Positions 44,967-64,000 of a stretch of 64,000 bases of DNA are shown here, one piece after another. The notes beneath the pieces were generated by a model. The model worked only from the letters and a program-made list of their open reading frames with translations, was not told the origin of the DNA and did no database searches. The stretch is from NCBI RefSeq assembly GCF_009914755.1, contig NC_060943.1. One strand, given 5' to 3'. Position 1 is the first letter of the stretch. Every line of letters starts with the position of its first letter. This DNA comes from the human T2T-CHM13v2.0 reference genome, Homo sapiens. The position numbers were made by a program, and so were the translations under genes.

Positions 44967-45106
44967 CCCCTGTTCTCCAGAACTATACTGTGGAGAGTTC
45001 CATCAGGATTGTTGTGGCTGGTCTGGTCTTCCTGGCTCTTTTGGCAATGCTGGCTAAGACCTGGTGGAGACATGAGGGGCCACAGGTGGAAATGGAAGAA
45101 ACATGA
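44967..45106 (+). other. Orphan exon encoding an FCAR/LILRA/NCR1-like activating transmembrane segment and short tail (xPVLQNYTVESSIRIVVAGLVFLALLAMLAKTWWRHEGPQVEMEET*)
   Basis: Pyrimidine-rich acceptor ...CCCACCCTCCAG at 44966; phase-1 open frame to TGA 45104-45106. The QxYT...IR..VAGLV motif is typical of FcRgamma-coupled LRC receptors. Confidence 0.7.
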
Positions 45107-46214
45107 CTGAAGCTGGCTGGAGTGAATGGCGCGACATTCTGTCTGTGGGAGATTGGCCAGATGGGTTTCAAGTGTGTTGTATCAGCTGTGACTTTTAGTA
45201 ATGTTCTTGCTACCACAATATCCACTCGTCCATCCCGAATAATTGTGATGAAATATTGTCCTTGGGATAATATTCATTTGCTAAAGACAGGGATGATACC
45301 TCAAGGTGCCACTATATACATCGAGGGGATCCACAAAAGTCCATTCAGTAAAATGTAGTTGGCATCTTAGGGTAGGTTGATTCCACCTCTAAAAAAGTAG
45401 GTACAACATCAGGTTGATTTTTCCGAAGAAAAGTGGTGATTGGCCATCTTTAGTCTCAATGTAAACGGTAATACTGATGAGTGTGGAAAAGGCAGGGAAG
45501 AGGATTGACAATAAGTGACACTCATTGTTTTCATCTGAGCTTTGAGACTGAAAGAGGAACACAGGAGTGAGATGTATGGGAACAAACCCCTTCTTTTTCC
45601 AGCTAAACAGAGTGGAAGTTGGACACTGAGTTTTGGCGTACAGCAAAATCCTAAGTCCATTGTTGGGTTGAACACGGCCATGTTGTACATCCTGGTTTCA
45701 CAGCAGACACTGGAGGAAAACAGCCTGTATTCATAAGAGGCTGTCCCTCGGGTCACTGCCCAGAATATCCGGAGTTGGTGCTCACAGGGTTGGGAACTCT
45801 CCTGGACCAGACAGGCTCTGGATATGGGGGGGTACCAAGCTCCCCGGGGCCATGCCTCCACAGCTCTCTTCTCACCTCATTCTTGACCATTTCCCAAACC
45901 TCTGACCTCACCTTCATTCATCCATGGTGAACACGCTAAAGCTGGCCTTCAAAGCTTGAGACAGAGGAAAATTGGGCTTCATCTCTGGGAACTAAATTGG
46001 GGAGTGGAGACTCAGTTCTGGCCTGACAGGAGGGAGAAGACCCTGGATCCCAGTGTGGATGGGAAGAAGTATGTGTTTCTCTTTTGTGCTTGGACCCTGT
46101 GTCCAAGCATGTCTGAGATGTGATGAAGATGAATCTTCCTTTCCTTGTCTATTTTCTCATGCCAGAGAATTGGAATCTTATATTCCATTAACTCTTTCTG
46201 TTCTGTTCATCCAG

Positions 46215-46252
46215 ATTCTATGAAGGAGAAAGGAAAAGATGTGATACTGTAA
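46215..46252 (+). other. KIR3DP1: Candidate KIR3DP1 terminal exon ('exon 5b'-like) encoding DSMKEKGKDVIL*
   Basis: Strong acceptor (CTCTTTCTGTTCTGTTCATCCAG). The 38 coding nt are in phase 1 with the D2 donor. With exon 2 present the product would be 328 aa and secreted, matching my recollection of the expressed KIR3DP1 form. Confidence 0.6.
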
Positions 46253-46658
46253 TTTTGCTCCATTTGTCTAAAATGAGTAGGCTGCAACTCCTCTTGAAGT
46301 GATACCTTTTCTAGCTCTTGTTGGAGGTGTCTCAGGACTCATTACTTCGGGGAACCTGCAACTGTGTCAGTCTGGGGAAACTGCAAATATTCTTGTCTTA
46401 CATTTGTCTCCAGCCAATTGTGATGGACTCCAGTGACCTGCAATTGCTGTTATTGCAGGTAAAATGTACCTGAGTCAGGCCACAGTTCTCCTGGACTATG
46501 AGCCCCTGGCCATGTTCCTGAGGCAATTCTGTTCATCTAAATATAATAATAATAACACACTAAAAATGGCAAGCCATTGTTAATTCCTGAAGTCTCATTT
46601 GAAAATTACTAAATGTCTGTTATTTTTTGGTGTTTACATTATATGTAGACAGATAAAC

Positions 46659-46688
46659 TACACACACACACACACACACATGCACACA
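46659..46688 (+). repeat. (CA)n microsatellite
   Basis: Visible CA run. Confidence 0.9.
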
Positions 46689-46989
46689 GAAGAATGGATT
46701 GGTTCATGTAGAAAAGTAAATAATTCAAGATGAAAGGATGAAATGTCATGGCACCTACTATTCTATTTTAGATAAAGGGTCTATGAAAAGATTGATTTCT
46801 TTTTATGTTTTATTTGTTGACATTTGAACACAAACTATGTAAGTGAGGGAGTCGATTTGAAAGGGAGAAGAGCAAGTTCAAACACATTCAGGTGAGGTCA
46901 TGCTTTACATGTTTTAATTGAAATGATCCATCTTGGGAGTAGATCAATAACTGAGATGGTGCCAGGAATGTTAAAAAGCTTTTGTCAGT

Positions 46990-50990
<4,001 letters not shown>

Positions 50991-51639
50991 AGGCCACCCT
51001 GGGCAAACAGTGAGACCCATCCCTTTTTAAAAATTATGAGTTTTACAAATTTAAAATGCATAGTGAAAAAGTTCTTACAAACTCCAGAAAGGTAGGTGTA
51101 AATAAGAGACATTTGTAAGAATGACAGCACATTAAATGTGTAGATTTCAACCTTCAGTTATTGCAATATTCCAGTATCAAGTTGGAGGATGTTATCAGTC
51201 TGATATTTTTTCCTCAAATGAGAGAGAGAAAGAAAGACACACAAACAACACAGGGAGAAAAAAAGCACACGTTACAGAGAGACAAAAAGGGAGACAGGGA
51301 ACTGTGAATTTGGACTCTTGTGTCATAAGACAAATTCTAGATAACACGACCAGACCTTCAATTGACATATTGTGTTTTTGCTAATAAGGTGGAATTCTAT
51401 GATGCGAAATAACTATATAGTCTTTTCTACTGGGATTTAAATCATTTTATCTGTTTCTGGCTTAACAGGAAAAATACAACCATGGAAAATTATGATGATT
51501 TATTTAATACGATTGCTCTATAGTGTTAATAAAACCTATTAGGTATTTTGCATATTACATATCAAGGAGAGTTTGAATCTCAGGTAGAAACAAAAAAAAA
51601 TACATCAAAAGTTCCTCATGTGAGTGCAGAATTCAATCG

Positions 51640-51912
51640 TCCCGTGCAGGGGTAAGTGAGTCTGAGATGTGTTTTGAGCCTGGCCGTTGCGCATGATGTG
51701 AACTGACAAGTCTAGTCTGCAGTTTTCAGAAACCCTCATTCCTCCCTTGACTGACTCACCACTTGAACCTCATATGACGTAGAAGAAGCCTACCTATGTC
51801 CCCTTCACATGTTGTGGTCAATGTGTCAACTGCACGATCCGGGCCCCTCACCACATCCTCTGCACCGGTCAGTCGAGCCGAGTCACTGCGTCCTGGCAGC
51901 AGAAGCTGCACC
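51640..51912 (+). promoter_or_regulatory. KIR2DL4 promoter (divergent type, two RUNX sites)
   Basis: TGTGGT 51813-51818 and inverted ACCACA 51850-51855; CRE-like TGACGT 51776-51781; AP-1 consensus TGACTCA 51752-51758. Confidence 0.75.
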
Positions 51913-62415
<10,503 letters not shown>

Positions 62416-62801
62416 AGGCGTGAGTCTCCATCTTAGAGCATCACTCTTCCTCACACCACAAATCTGGTGCCTGTCTCTTGCTTACCAATGTCTAAGGTCC
62501 CCACTGCCTGCTGCAGAGAAAACACACTCCTTTGCTTAGCCCACAATTCTCTATTTCACTTGACCCCTGCCCACCTCTCCAACCTAACTGGCTTACTTCC
62601 TAGTCTACTTGAGGCTGCAATCACACTGAGGAACTCACAATTCCAAACATACAAGAGGCTCTCTCTTAACACGGCACTTAGACACGTGCTGTTCCACCTT
62701 CCCTCGTGCTGTTCCACCTTTCCTCAGACTATTTTTCAGCCTTCTGGCATCAGCAAACCTTATAAAATTTTTTTGATTTCAGTGTAGTTCTCTCCTCTTC
62801 A

Positions 62802-62807
62802 AATAAA
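62802..62807 (+). terminator. Polyadenylation signal of KIR2DL4
   Basis: AATAAA in the conserved context. Confidence 0.75.
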
Positions 62808-63166
62808 CATGTCTGCCTTCATTCTTTAGGTGACTCTTTTTTTGGCTGAAAGTTTCCAGTGTTATCATTACCATGTCCAAATAACTCCAACTGTTCTCCA
62901 CTGGGTTCTCACCCCTGGACTCTGAGCTTCTGGAAGCAGGGTGGAGCCTGATTTGTCTCTGAGACTCCAATTTCCATCCAAAGATGCAGCACATAAGAGG
63001 TTCCAAGGATCGTGAATCACATGAACAAGTGATATTCTTACTCTCTGCAGACCTGGAAAGCTGGCAGAGTCATTCCATGATGAAACATTTGTAGAGTCAT
63101 AGGCCTTGTCAGTCTCATCTCCACGGGGACACATATCAACACATCATCTTTCATACTATAAATATA

Positions 63167-64000
63167 CAGTCGGTCCTCTGTATCTGTGGGATTTACAGGT
63201 GTTTATTGAACCAAATATAAATCAAAAATATTCAGAGAAAAAATCCACAAAGTTTCAAAAAGCAAAACTATGTTGAATGGACACAAATGAAGCTGTGTGT
63301 AGGCTGTATCAGGAATTATAAATAATCAAGGGATGATTTCATGTACACAGGAGGATGTGCATGGGTTATTTGCAAATGCTGTGCCATTTCATGTAAGAGG
63401 CTTGAGCATCTGCAGATTGTGCTATCTGAGTGGAGATCCTGAAACCAATCACCCACGAATAGTGAGGGATGACTGTATATAATTTTTATTTCTCAATTTT
63501 AAATATAAAACATAAAAAAATTACAATAACAAGATAAAATAAACAAGTGTTTTATAGTGTGAGAATACTTTTAGATATATTTTTCTCCATGTGTAACCCT
63601 TGGGCCCATGTTATTTATTGAGAAGACATTCTATTCCACCTTAAACCACATGGCAGCCTTTGTCAACTATAAAGGGACTGTGTGTACACGGATGTATTTT
63701 AGACACTGTTTTCTGCTCAGTGGCTCTCTCTCTGTCCACTCTCTTGAGAATGCTGCATTTTATGCAGCCTTATACAACCCCTAAAATTTGGTAGCTGGAG
63801 TCCTCTAGTTATTTATTATAGGCTATTTGCTATGCTTTTTTTATTTTTCTTGAGGCAGAGTCTCGCTCTGTTGCCCAGGCTGGAGTGCAGTGGCACGATC
63901 TCGGCTCACTGCAACTTCCGCCTCCCAGGTTCAAGGGATTCCGTGGCTCAGCCTCTTGAATAGCTGGCATTACAAGTGCCTGCTACCAGGCATGGCTAAT
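63167..64000. mobile_element. MER2-type element (63167-63475), L1 fragment and Alu (~63835-64000): standard KIR spacer leading to the next KIR gene (expected KIR3DL1/S1, outside the window)
   Basis: Homologous to 16497-17415 and 32945-33860. The element has CAGTC...GACTG ends flanked by TA. Confidence 0.65.

Noticed and set aside
44757-45110. 117-aa ORF overlapping the orphan exon
   Set aside because: It is in a different frame from the recognisable TM peptide and has no identifiable homology.
45315-45861. Possible mariner-like end (CGAGGGGATCCACAAAAGT) and a 150-aa minus-strand ORF
   Set aside because: I found no matching second terminal repeat or transposase motif. It needs RepeatMasker/Dfam and remains unclassified.

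Overview
This is human genomic DNA from the killer-cell immunoglobulin-like receptor (KIR) cluster in the leukocyte receptor complex (19q13.4). All genes are on the + strand, head to tail. In order: the 3' flank of an upstream KIR; KIR2DL2 (ATG 1653, stop 15639, 348 aa); KIR2DL1 (ATG 18122, stop 32086, 348 aa); pseudogene KIR3DP1 (ATG 34628, exon 2 deleted, RUNX site mutated); a ~13 kb unique, L1-rich interval; KIR2DL4 (ATG 51913, stop 62415, 377 aa, 10A allele); and the start of the spacer toward the next KIR. Exon boundaries were read by hand from GT/AG sites, and the exon lengths sum to intact frames. Almost all ORFs in the supplied track are incidental intron or repeat frames. Two observations stand out. 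(1) An intact orphan exon at 44967-45106 encodes an Arg-containing FCAR/LILRA/NCR1-type activating transmembrane segment and is in frame with the free KIR3DP1 D2 splice donor. (2) KIR2DL2 is followed directly by a KIR2DL1*003-like gene with no KIR2DP1, 2DL5 or 2DS3/5 between them, which suggests a recombinant or deletion haplotype. Allele names and cross-family comparisons are from memory and need database confirmation.
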